Positions 37,716 through 49,900 of a stretch of 59,949 bases of DNA are shown here, piece after piece. This stretch comes from Chara braunii (lineage: Eukaryota > Plantae > Charophyceae). Made by a program: the position numbers and the translations under genes. Numbering within the stretch: the first letter of the stretch is position 1; each line of letters begins with the position of its first letter. Below the pieces are notes generated by a model. It made no database searches and was not told the origin of the DNA. It saw only the letters and a program-made list of their open reading frames with translations. Location of the stretch: assembly GCA_003427395.1 (NCBI GenBank), contig BFEA01000012.1, positions 2,102,711-2,162,659 of the forward strand, in the 5' to 3' direction.

Positions 37716-40700
37716 TTTTTTTTTTTTTTACAACAATCAGACGGACGTTCCTCTGGAGGGCAGTGGTAAGAGCATTTACCCTCCCAAAGACTCGCCCTTT
37801 TATTACTCCATTCTATTGGTGGGGAGCTGCACCTGCTGGAAAACGGGTCCAGCGTCCCTTATATCAAAGTATAAATCATATGAGTGCTGCCCGAGTGTCG
37901 TGCGGGAAAACCAAGTCATCCTTCTCATCCCACAGGTATCGAGAAAAAATCACCCGTCTGTTCTCTCTGAAAAAGACTCACTTGTATTCTGGGGCCCAGA
38001 CTTTCAATAAGAAAGACTGGGCCAGATCTACCAAGGGAGCCCCTACCTTCTTCTTCCTGTATTCTGCCAAAATCAAAATTCTAACGGATAGGTTGAAGCT
38101 GTTCCGGATCTTGGGGATTGACCATGAGACCCCACAGAATCTACTATCCCTGCGAGCTAACCAAAGGACCCAGAAACTAATAATTCTGAATTTATTTGCT
38201 ATCCGGCTTCTAGGACTATTGCCCTGATTTTCGAAGAAAATAAAGCTCTTGGTCCAAAAATTCATGTCTTGATATGCTGCAAACCACATTCTACCAACCT
38301 AGTCCCAGAATCCTCTCGCCACCACACATTCCCACCAGAGGTGGGAAGAATCTTCCAGGGAACTGTGTGGACATACATCGCATGAAGTGGAGATATCCAT
38401 ACCTTTGCTCGCACACCAGGTTGCAGTAGGTACACAGTTGTGCATGTGCAACCACTGCAAACCTGCGACCTTCGTTTCCAGTGCACTCATAATCAGAGAG
38501 ATGTAGAAATGAACCCAAGTTGGAACTGGACTTGACAATTGAAGAGCAGGGGACTGCTTGCGCCAAGAGTTCCAGACATTGATCTGTAGTGAAGACGCTT
38601 TGGAAAAGAACTTGTATCCTGTTTGAGAAGTGTACTTTGGGAGATGGATGACTGAGATCTCAGAGGTCTCTGCGGTGATCCTCCATCCGACCTTGACCTC
38701 ATCCAGTTTCCAATCCGTGAATGGAGTACCGCCTTTGAGCGGCATTATGACCTGTCTTCCTTGTTTGTTGGTAGTATGTGAAACTCTCACTTCCTGATGA
38801 CTCGACAGTGAGATGTGCTCACTATCCGTATTACTGCGGTACAGAAGGCTGTTTCTTTGCCTCCATACGGAAACCTCCGCTGAGTTATCACTGCCACTGC
38901 TAGTGTTTAAAACTTGGTAGAAGATACCGGGGGTGTCCTGGTCCCTCCACCAGGACCCAACTTCTCCATGTGCCGCAGAGGAGAGCTTATCATTCCAGGA
39001 ATCCGGGATGACTTCAATTAGCAGTGACCGATGAGTGCCCACATTGTGGAGTCCTCTGAGCTTCCTTCTTAGGTACTCTTCTGGCTTCCAGTCCGCCGTA
39101 ACTGTGTACCATAGATGCTCAACTTTCCATACCCCCTTTTGTATCAATTTTCTGGCGAAATTGTCAGGGCTAATGGAGACCGAGAAGGGATGGTCTGAGT
39201 TATTCAGTATGGATGGGTTTTCAAACAAGTTTGCAGTCAGGATTTCAGACAGTGTGGAAAGAGGTACGGATGAAGAGGGGAGTATCCTGGACCAGGCTTT
39301 GAGGATTGGGCCCCATGTGGGGGATTTCACAGATTTCACTAGTGGTGGGTACAACAGGGCATGCCAAACTGCTTCTGGGTTAGCGAAGTCCCATTCCTTG
39401 GCCAGTATAGCCTGTGCTAACTAAATCCAGGGTTGGGGTTCGGTGGAGCTGATTAGTCTAACCGACCATTTTGCTAATAGAGCTGAATTTTGTGCCTCTG
39501 GGTCAAGTATACCCAACCCCCCGTCCTTCTTTTTCTCAGTAATTTTCCATCAGGCTACCTTACTGATACATGATGGAATGTTAGCGTCCCCTTTCCAAAT
39601 GAATCTGGTTAGCAGTTGTCTGATTAGGTTGGCGGATGAGGAGGAGATCTGCCTGATGGCTAAGATGAACCATACCGTTGATAGTATGGAACAGTTTACC
39701 ACCAGGGCTCTTCCAAATAATGAAAGGTGTTTGTTGTTAGACCATTTGGCGCATCTGTCCTTGATTCTGTTGTCAATTACCGCCGCTTGATCCATTGAAC
39801 ATTCTCCAAAGGAAACTTTAATCCCTAGGTACCTCTCTGTTTCTGTGGCGGGTATTAGTTTGATCCCAAGATCAATGGCTAATAAAGCTACGGATTTGTT
39901 CCAGTTCACCATCATTTCTGAGGCCTTTTCGTAGGTAGAGATACATTCCTGCAGGGCTTTCAAAGAAGAGCTTGAATTTTCTGAGATTGCTGAGAAATCA
40001 TCAGCGAGGGCAGAGACTTTCAGTTCCAAGGCTGGAGATACGGTCAATCCCTTGTATTCCTGGTGTGTTCTAATCATGTTCAGTAGCACTTCCATTTGTA
40101 TGACAAACAAGGAGGGTGCCAAGGGGCAGCCCTGTCTTACAGAGCGAGATACTGTGAAAGGTTGTGAGATGAATCCATTGACCGTCACCCTCCTTTGAGA
40201 GCCATGGTACAGACTTTCCACCCAAAGCCTGTATTTGGGGCCTATGCCAAGCCTCTTCAAGACTTCCAGAGTAAATTTTCAATTCACCCTGTCATAAGCT
40301 TTTTCAAAGTTAATTAGTAATATAATTGTATTAGATTCTAGAGTCTGGATTAAATCAATAGATTGAGAGATCACCATAACATTGTCTAACACCTGCGTGC
40401 CCGGTATGAAGCCGGATTGGTCAGGTGAACTAGACCGGTCATTAGATGGGAGATTCTCCTAGCCAGAGTTTTGGCTAGAATTTTACCTGTCACATTGAGC
40501 AATGAGATCGGGCGGTAATTTCGTACGTTCCTGCGATCACCCTTCTTATACAGGAGAGTGATCACCCCTTCGGTAATCCTTTTTCCCAATGTTTTACCCG
40601 TAAGTACACCATTGAAAACTCGGAGGAGGACTGGGGCAAAAATGTCCCAGAATAACTCAAAAAATTCTACTGGAAGACCGTCGGGTCCTGGGCATTTGCC

Positions 40701-43700
40701 TCTGGCCATATCCTTCATTGCTGCAGTTATTTCACTTAGCAACAACGGTTGGTCCAAAAGTGAACTTTCGGCCTATGAAACGAGTCTGTGAGTTGAGCCC
40801 CAAAGGTGTTCCTCCCATTCGAGAGGTACCACTGAGGCTGTTGGGTTTTTTTTCTGAGGTGAGGAGTTTCTCATAAAAAAATACGGACGTAGTCACAGAT
40901 TGTTTTTGATGCACATGGCGGGGTCTGGGTGTTATCGAAGGGATGCGCGAGTTCTCCCATTGGGGGGGAATTCACCTTTCCTTCTAACACTTTGAGGGTT
41001 TTGCTGTTCATTTTTGTCCTTGTGGAGGATATTGTCGATTTGTTTAAATTTGAGCCACGATTCATGTTTTGTGATTTGGATCTCTTGCCATTCCTGAAGC
41101 GACATGGATCTCCTAAGGGCCCAGTGGCTATCGGAAAAGGAGGACTGCCCCATGCGTGCCTCCGCTTTCTCGATGTTGCGGATGAGAGTAATCTCCTCCA
41201 ACCTCCTATTGACCGCTTTAATTCTAGATATGTTGTTGACAAATCCTGAGAGAAGATGGATCCCCTTATCTAGCCAATCCCCATCCTCTGGGAATAGGTT
41301 GGATGAAGATCTCCACTCCTCCCAAAAGTTACGGACCCATTCTATCATGCTTTTATCATCAAAGATACGCATATTAATTTTGAAAGTACCTCTCCCCTTT
41401 GTGAGAGAGGGACCCGCTGTTAACGTGATAGAGTTAGGTTTGTGATCTGATAGGGGGTGGGGGGTAATTTCCGCTTTGTGAATCAATGGGAGAGCCCTTT
41501 CTGTACAAAAAAAATGTCCAACCATCTGTAGACGATTGGAGAATTGCTCGAAAACCAAGTGAAATTGCGTACATCAGGGTTGAGTGTGCGATAAGGGTCA
41601 AAAAGTCCGACTTCTGCAATCATCTCACTGAGGGATGCAGACTCGGATGGATTGGACAGTGGGGAAGAGGAATCCAGAGCTTCATTCGGCACTGTGTTCC
41701 AATCCCCCCCTACAATCAGGAAATCTGAGTTTGGGATAACTGAGATGAGACCTTGAAAAAATTGAATCTTGGCAGTGTGGTCTGTGGGTACACAGAGATA
41801 AAGGTCTATTCCTGAGGACCAATCTGGAGTGATACTTTGGTCCATCTCCTTGTCGGGTCTGTCTCCGACTGAGAGATAGAACTGCACAGGGAGCTATGGA
41901 TCAGAATCCCTATGCCCCCTCTGGTGCCCTCTGCCGGGGCCCAGACCTGGGGACCTGTCCACCAATCCCTCAGCTCAGCAATGAGGTCGCTGTTGAACTT
42001 AGTCTCGTGTAGCAAAATGATTTGAGCATTGATGTAGTGGATCCAGGATTTGAGACTGGATCTTCTATGTTTCCCATTTTCATTTACTAGTCCTCTCACA
42101 TTCCAGGAGATCACCTTTACCTTAGAGGCCATCCGCGTTACCGGACGGGGCCGATGGTTGGATGACTCCTTGGATTGTCAGGGGACCTCCTGACTGTCTA
42201 ACTGCTGCCGCGTTAGCCAGCAAGGCGAGATCCCACGAGGCCTTCAGCAGATCTGCAAAACTGCGTGTGAACAGTTTCATGTCACCCTGGAGACAAGCGT
42301 TGGTTTCTGTAATTATTTCACCTCTGATCCCATCCCCAATTTCGGGATCAATCTTTCCTTCTCATTGGATTCCTTGAACCAACTAAGCGGGGCCCAGTAA
42401 AAATTTGAACCTGCTGAGCCGATGCGGCCTCCAGTTAATGACACTGTGTCCAAGCACAGGGCATGGATAGAGTGTATCTTACCTAAAGCACCAATCTTGT
42501 TGAAGGAAATGAGAGGGTGATTTGGGATGGGGCGAACAACGCACACGTCTTGTACGAGCGACCTGCCCAGGTTGAAGAGTTGTACTGGGTCTGGGACTGC
42601 ATTGACTATGGAGTGGTGGATTGTATAGCCACCTTCTTGATTTCTAAGGAGGAGGATGTACGGTCCCTGGTTGGTAGTCTTCAACAGCACAGGGACTACA
42701 ATATGTGCCCCTGACTGTTGATTCCTCTTCCCCTCTTCCCCTCGAGCGGGGGCATCCATTCGATCCTCCTCAGATTCCTCCTGCCTCGACCTTTTAGGAA
42801 AGCCGGTTCTGAGGAATCTATCTAGGTTCATTCCATCAGACAGTGTTCCGCCTGCATCAGGAGGGACGTTCCTCCCTTGTCCGGATCTGTCATTGGGATC
42901 AAGTTGCCGAGTCGTTCCAGATTGAACTGTTCCAGCATTGGCTTGACCTTGCCCCTTCGGTGGGAGAGGGCATGTTGCTTGGCTGCTAGCGGGAATGGTG
43001 GGAATTTTCAGGAGCCACGAGGGGCCCTGAGATACTGGTTTGGACTGGTTGGGAAGACCCAGGTTGGACGGAGCGTGCTCACCTTGTTTCCTTTAGTAGT
43101 TACCAGTCTTCTTACCCTGCGGTTTTGCGCCTGCTGAGGAGGTAAGTAACTGCGGGTTAAGCCATTGAACCGATCTTCCATATGAGCCTTTGTCTGCCGA
43201 ATGTTTGGGATTAGTGTCAGGTTTAAGCTGTTGTTGTGAAGAGGAAGACTTGGAGGGAGGGGCTGAGGTGTGCTGTTTCCCTTTCTCTGGACGTCCCACA
43301 TGCTCCATGGGAGTGGGACCAGATGGGAAGTCAGCGCCTTCTGCAGCCTTGTCCAGACCTNCANCATCGTCTTCACACAAACAGTCGCCNTCCAGCCTGA
43401 TGTACCGTTTACAACCAGAACACCAAGGGGTGNTGCTGTTGACAAGATCCCCTGNCAAGTATCCTTTGGCCGTGAACACTTTCAATGAGCGGACAAATTT
43501 TTCTTCAGCATTGGGGTGTAACCCGAACTTGATGTTACCGAGGTTAGGGTCTATAGGGTCATTGATTATGTCGTAGTCCTTAGTTATTTTCCCCATGACC
43601 ATTTCGATGCCCGATCTTATATACATTGAAGCATCAATCGGGAATCTCATGGCCATGACCCAGTAGACCTTCTTCTTCTCCTCTTCTCTGTGTGCCAGCC

Positions 43701-44560
43701 AGTTTGCCTTTGGCATCCAGGGACGAAACAGAATCCGATAAGTCTTACCTTTTTCCACGAATCTCTCCATTCCTTTCTGAATCATCCATTCCGAAATTAG
43801 GGGAAGCTTCAGGATGTAAGTCAACTGCATCTTGCTTTCGAAATTAGTGAGACCTCTGTGTGTCAGAAGTTTGTCATCTGGTAACAGGGCGTCCTCAATT
43901 GATCTGAGCAGATCAATCTTCTTGTCATTGGGGAGATTCTTTGCTTCACCTTGAAAAAGAATAGCTACCGCGTGGTGCTTTAGGAATTCTTATTCTACCC
44001 TTCGAATGAATTCCTTCGGACGAATTTCGATACAACTGTCCTCTTCATTAACCGAAGCCTCAATGTAATCAGACACGTCAGGTGTGGATTGATTGAGATA
44101 CCATCCCCCCACCATTGCGGCCAGGTGTGTGAGCTCTTCATTTGGCAAAGGTTGAATCGTGGTGGGGCCCTGTTTTTTTGAGGATTCAACGTTAGATCCG
44201 TTGATGCCTGGTGTGGCTTCCATATCTGCGTATGACCAGGTAGCAGTCTGGAGGTATTAGCGAGTGGAAGATTAATGGGAGTAGAGAGAGAGGGTTCTCA
44301 GTAAAGAGGAAAGGCTCTTGGTGTATGTGGGGTTGGGGATGCAGAAGTCGAGGTGTGAGTCAGAAGCGAGGTGTCGGATACCAGGTGTTGTCGAGATCCG
44401 ACTTGGATGACTATGTGCCGTATGGGAGGATTGACAAGAGTGAGAACACAACCCAGTGTCAAGGATTGGAGGTATGAGCATGTATGGAGCAAAGGGGGCA
44501 ATTGGAGGATCACTCCATGCGGGAAGGGAGGAATGGGCCTGCGCAGACGAGTGTATGGGG
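37716..44560 (-). mobile_element. Near full-length L1/Tx1-type LINE (ORF1 44223->42122, ORF2 42132->about 37978), disrupted
   Basis: APE endonuclease ISWNVRGL, LHETK, GGDWN, SDH; RT PGPDGLPVEF, RPISLLN, RQGCPLAP, LADD; C-terminal CDVC..EDSSHLWWEC zinc finger; poly(A) (plus-strand T-run 37716-37729). A few frameshifts and stops. Confidence 0.93.
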
Positions 44561-44650
44561 TGGTATGACAAGAATAGGGGTAGGAGATGTCCGACGAAAA
44601 AAAAAAAAAAAACGTGTTTAGTGTTATGCGGAAAAAGGATTTGGATAACA

Positions 44651-44926
44651 CTAGGCTACCAGAGTGGCCCGGGGTCACTTGCCCGGCCAGGCCAAAAAGA
44701 TAAAAAAAAATAAAATATTTTAAAATTTTATTTTATATTTTAAATTTGGTAAAAGATTTCGATGTAAGTCTGAGGCAAAAGTTGTTTATTTTATTTTTCT
44801 ACATAACATATTATTTTTTAAGATTTTTTGGATTTTTTTTTTTTTGTTGGGACCTTCCCTTGTCCTTGCACGGGCTGGTAACCCGGGGCCCGGGCGGCCC
44901 GCCTGGTAGCCTAGGCATAACATAAG

Positions 44927-44957
<31 letters not shown>

Positions 44958-46070
44958 TCGGGACCTTCTTTGGTCCTTGCACCGTTGGGTCGCCCGGGCA
45001 AAATAGGGTGACCCAGGTGGCTCCGCTGGTTGCCTAGCTAATAACTTTATTTTTATTGTATATTGCACTAGGCTACCAGAGTGGTCTAGGGTCACTTGCC
45101 CGGCTGGGCCAAAAACATTAAAAAAATAATAATAAAAAATAAAGATTATTTTTTATTTTAAAATTTATGAAGAATTTCGATGTGCAACTGAGGCAAAAAT
45201 TGTTCAGTTTATTTTTTTGCATAACATAGTTTTTTGTGGATTTTTTGAATTGTTTTTATTATTTTGTTGTTTTTTGTTAGAACCTTCTCTGGTCCTTGCA
45301 TGGGCTGGTAGCCTAGATATTGCATAAATTTGTATTGGATTTTTTTTTTTAAATAATTGTTGTACCTATGCTACCATAATGGTCCGATGCCACTTGCCCG
45401 CCCGAGCAAAAAAACAATAAAAAAACAAGGTTGTTTTTCCGGGCGCCCGGATACCCAACTTGTGCCTGGATATACGCCCAAGTACTGGGAGGCCCTAACG
45501 CCCCCCCCCTATTAAAAAAAAAACGAAAGTAAAAAAAATAAAAAATAAAAATGTTATGTAAAATTGCAATACAAACAACGTTTTGCAAAGGGTCACATCA
45601 AGATTCCTCACTGAATCGGGGATTTAAGAAAAAAATCACACCAAAGAACCCCCATTTAACCCCCCCTTAGCCCCTTTGAAAACAATTTATGCCCCCTATT
45701 TCCCCCCCCTTTGACAACTAACTCTAAAAAAATCAAAAAAACCCGGATTTTTGGTTCTCTGGCAGAGCGCAACAAGGCAAAAAAAAAAAAAAAAAAAAAC
45801 AGCACGCCCGGGTATCCCGGACGTCAGCCCCCCCCCAAAAATTAAGAGTGATTTTTTAACTTTATTTATTATTTAAAATTTGATAAAGAATTTCGATGTG
45901 ACCTTGAGGCAAAAATTATTCAGTATATTATTTTGTATAACACAGTTCATTTTCGTATTTCTTTTATGTATTTTGGTTTTTTGTTTTTTTAATAGGAATG
46001 TCTTTGGTTAATGCCTGGCCGACCCATTAAAGAGTATAAGGTCACACGGGCGGCCCGACTAGTAACCTAG
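44651..46070. mobile_element. Cluster of tandem/nested GGCTACCAG-type MITEs
   Basis: Repeated CTAGGCTACCAGAGTGG...GAGGCAAAA...CTGGTAGCCTAG units (44651-44913, 45068-45315, plus partial copies). Confidence 0.8.
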
Positions 46071-46920
46071 TATTGTGCATAATAAAAATGCTAAGTCGGA
46101 CAAATATATGCATTGAATATTTTTCTGTATATTGTAGACGTTCATGTAGCAAATTAAATTATTTATAGCAAAACTGTTATTCAATTTTTTTTCTTTTCTT
46201 TTTCGAATGTATTAAAGGGGGTTTCCCTAATAAGTAGCCATTATATGACCTTTGATAGATATGGATATAGAAGGAAGTTCATTTTATAAGTCAGATTATT
46301 TTTGTAATGCTATCATAATGGAATATATAACCTATCCATACAAATATGGTATAAAAATCGTCCTTTATAATAATAATAAACATGTTGCATGTATTATATA
46401 TGTATAATGTACGTATTTTAACACAAAATATGTATCCATACAAATATCGTATCTAAATCGCCCTTTATAGTAACTGTTATAATATATATGCTGCATGTGC
46501 AATATATGTATAATGTGAATATTTGAACACAAAACTTGTGAAGTCTTTTAGAAACTTATATAAATAAGGTTATTAATGCAAACTCATATTATAAATTATA
46601 CCATATATGCAATATCCTTGCAATGTAGAACAGAATGTTATACATAATATAATGATATTCCTCTTTTTTTTTTTACTTTATCCTTTATGTCGATAACATA
46701 CATATAAAATATATGATGTATGTGTATTAAGTAAGCGTCAACATAATTATACACATTAATTATAAAATACATTAGTAATTTGTCAATTGTACAAACTCTA
46801 CACAAGATAATGATCTTATAAAATGAAACTATAATATTAAAACAGTATTATTGTTATGCCACAATTCATTTTACTCATTTTTACATGTGATAAAAATATA
46901 TACTGTTTTTTTTTTTTTAG

Positions 46921-49900
46921 TGGGAACAAGTCAACAACAAGCTTTGACATATGGTTACGAGTGAGCACCGAAGGCCACATGGGCTTCATATTCGAGAAGC
47001 CTGCCTCCACATCCGTATCTGATGCCATAAGCTGAAGCGTGGGGATGAGTTTCTCAATGACCAACCTGCATGCGTTTTTTCATTGGATGTCGTAATGACT
47101 TTTCCAGAGAGGCATGAACAGCAGCAGAGAAGGGATGACACAACAACCAGGTAACATGCTTTCCGGGTTGAGACGCCCAAGTTCTGGTGAAAATCGCTTA
47201 CGAGGCGAATCGTCAGAGAAACAAAGAAAAATTAGTGAAGGAGGGGTTGATATTTCGTTAGACCTCCAACCAGAGGACTCAGATAGCTTTACTGGTTCAC
47301 ATGCCACCTCTTCGGCAACAGGTAAGCGGAAGTCACTGCGCCATCGTATGGATGCTCTATCCAAAGGTTAGTCTGTAGTGAAATCAAGAATTATGCCGAT
47401 AGTATGTACCTCGGTAAGGAATGGACTGTGGTTTATTGCGTGGATTGGCTTAGATGGTGCACCACTGCTTTTCAATTTTGTTTGCCCAGAATCCCCCATG
47501 CCACACTCAACAGCTACAATGGCTATAACATTGTTTCGGGACAAATTTGTCTCTTCAAATTGTTGAAGTATCGATGCCTATATTTTTTTTGGATATTGAT
47601 GGAAAAAAATATCATTGTTATACCCCTCTGTTTGATTGCCGCTTTCTTCCAGACCAACTAGAGCAGTTGGAGCAGGAAGGTCTCCGACTGCTCCCGTTAA
47701 CCTGGCTTCTGGAAGCGAGGAAATCGGAATTGCACCGGATAAAAGTCCCCCCCTCTATGATGGCGGAATTCCTGTTTGATCTGAACATGAAGTTGGGGAA
47801 GGATAAAAAATTAAAGTTGGACTCCTCTTTTCTGAAATGTTTTTTAATAGAAGCATGACCATCCTCCGCTCCTACTGACGTCTCCCATATCCAAGTTGCT
47901 AGAGCAGTAGCCCCTTATGGGCAGACTTAGATTGGCCACTCTGAATGTACGTGGGCTAGGAGATTCGGCATGCAGAAATAAGAAAGATTGGCTAAAGAGT
48001 GGGATGCATGACCGTAGAATCGATGTTTTATGTATCTAGAAAATTGAACTCTCAGACGATAAGTTGAGTTGGGATCATAATGGGACGACCCACGAATCTG
48101 GTCGTCAGCCAGAGGCTAAAAAAGGGGAGTCGCACTCCTAATTCGCAGAAATCTACATGCACAAATAATTGATTTTTGTGTTGATCTTGGGGAAGATTGA
48201 CATGGATTAAACTATGGATCGAGAATCAGAAATAGATCATTGTTTCGGTCTATGTTCCGACAGACCTGGCTGAACGTGCTGTGTTTTTTTAAAACCTCCT
48301 GTTGTTTATCTCGGTGTATGACCACCTCGTAATTGCAGGTGATTGGAACACAACGATCGATAAAAATGAGGGAGTTCGGGGAGGGCGGGACATGATAGCC
48401 TTGAAGGATTTAATATATGATTTGGATCTAATTGAACCCTATCCTCTCCTTCATCCAGGTAAGCCAGCATACACCCGGTTTTCGAATGTTCGAGAAGGGA
48501 CAGACACAGTCAAAGAATACTAGATTTTTTTCTACTCTCGCCCTTGGTCTTGCATGCCACTGTGCAGATTGACAAAACACAAAATCCCATATCTGGCCAT
48601 AGACATGTCATTGCTACTGTCAATGCTAAAAAATTGGAAAGAGACCCTGACTATTTTAGGTTAAATATGCAACTCCTTCATGATCGAGGAGTGGTAGAAT
48701 GAATGACGTATTTCTGGAAGGATTGGGAGGCGAATGTAGACTCATTTCCTTCAAATGACACATGTTGGGAGTCAGGTATTCAAGTCTTTTCCAGACATTT
48801 CTAAGCAGAAGGATAAGGAGCAAGGTTTGATTCGTAAAATCGAATATGCTGAAATACGGATGGACAACCACCTTATCTCAAACTTGGTATGGGGCCCCAT
48901 AAAGAGGAAACACCTTGTCGAATGGGACGCCTACCAGTTGGAACAATCTAAGGTATGGGTTAAACTCCTGAAGGTTAAAGGCATCGAGATATACGATCGT
49001 ATGACCTGTAAAACTTTTCAAAATTTCTTGCCCAAACGTCTCACACACTCAATTTGCGAATTAACGCACCCTTTTGATCGTGACTCTCCGAATGTACCAG
49101 ACCAGACTCAATTGTGTGCTTATGGTGCTATATACTACCAAAACATTGCTCACTAGGAGACGAGATGGAGATAGTACTGAAGATCTTTCAGAAGATTTCT
49201 CTCACAGGGACCACTATGCTAAAAAAATCTCCCCCCAAAAAAGACTGAACATGGATCGCCCAATTACTACGAAGGAAGTATGAGAAACCTTGAGTTATAT
49301 AGCTAAGGGCAAGGCCCCTGGTGATGATTGTCTGCCGGTCGAACTATATCTAGTAGTCTGGGAGTCCATCAATGTTTAACTAACGGGGATTTATAATCAG
49401 GTACTAGTAAGAGGTAATTTATCTATGAGCATGAGGAATGTGATTATTTCATTACTTTACAAGAAAGGAGATAGATGAAAGATTAGGAACTGGAGATCGA
49501 TTTTGGTCCTCAACGTCTCATACAAGTTGTTCGCCAAAATTTTGGCTAGGCGTGTGGGTAATTACCTTTCATCCCTGATTACTAACGATCAAGCGGCCTT
49601 TGTACAAGGTAAATCGATCTTCAATAACATTGTTACTACCATTGAGGCCCTGGAGGTGGTGGAGAATGCACAGACAAACATCTTTGTTCTGATGCTTGAT
49701 CTTGAGAAAATATACGATAGGGTTAACTGGACGTATGTACTAACAACTTTGAGACACGTGGGATTTGGCGATAACCTGTGTAATTGGGTAGTGACATTGT
49801 ACTCCCTGTTGACAACCTCGATGAAATAGTAATCTTTCAATAGCCCTTCCCTCTGACCCGCTCTCTTCGACAAGGATGCCCTTTGACACCCCTTCTTTTT

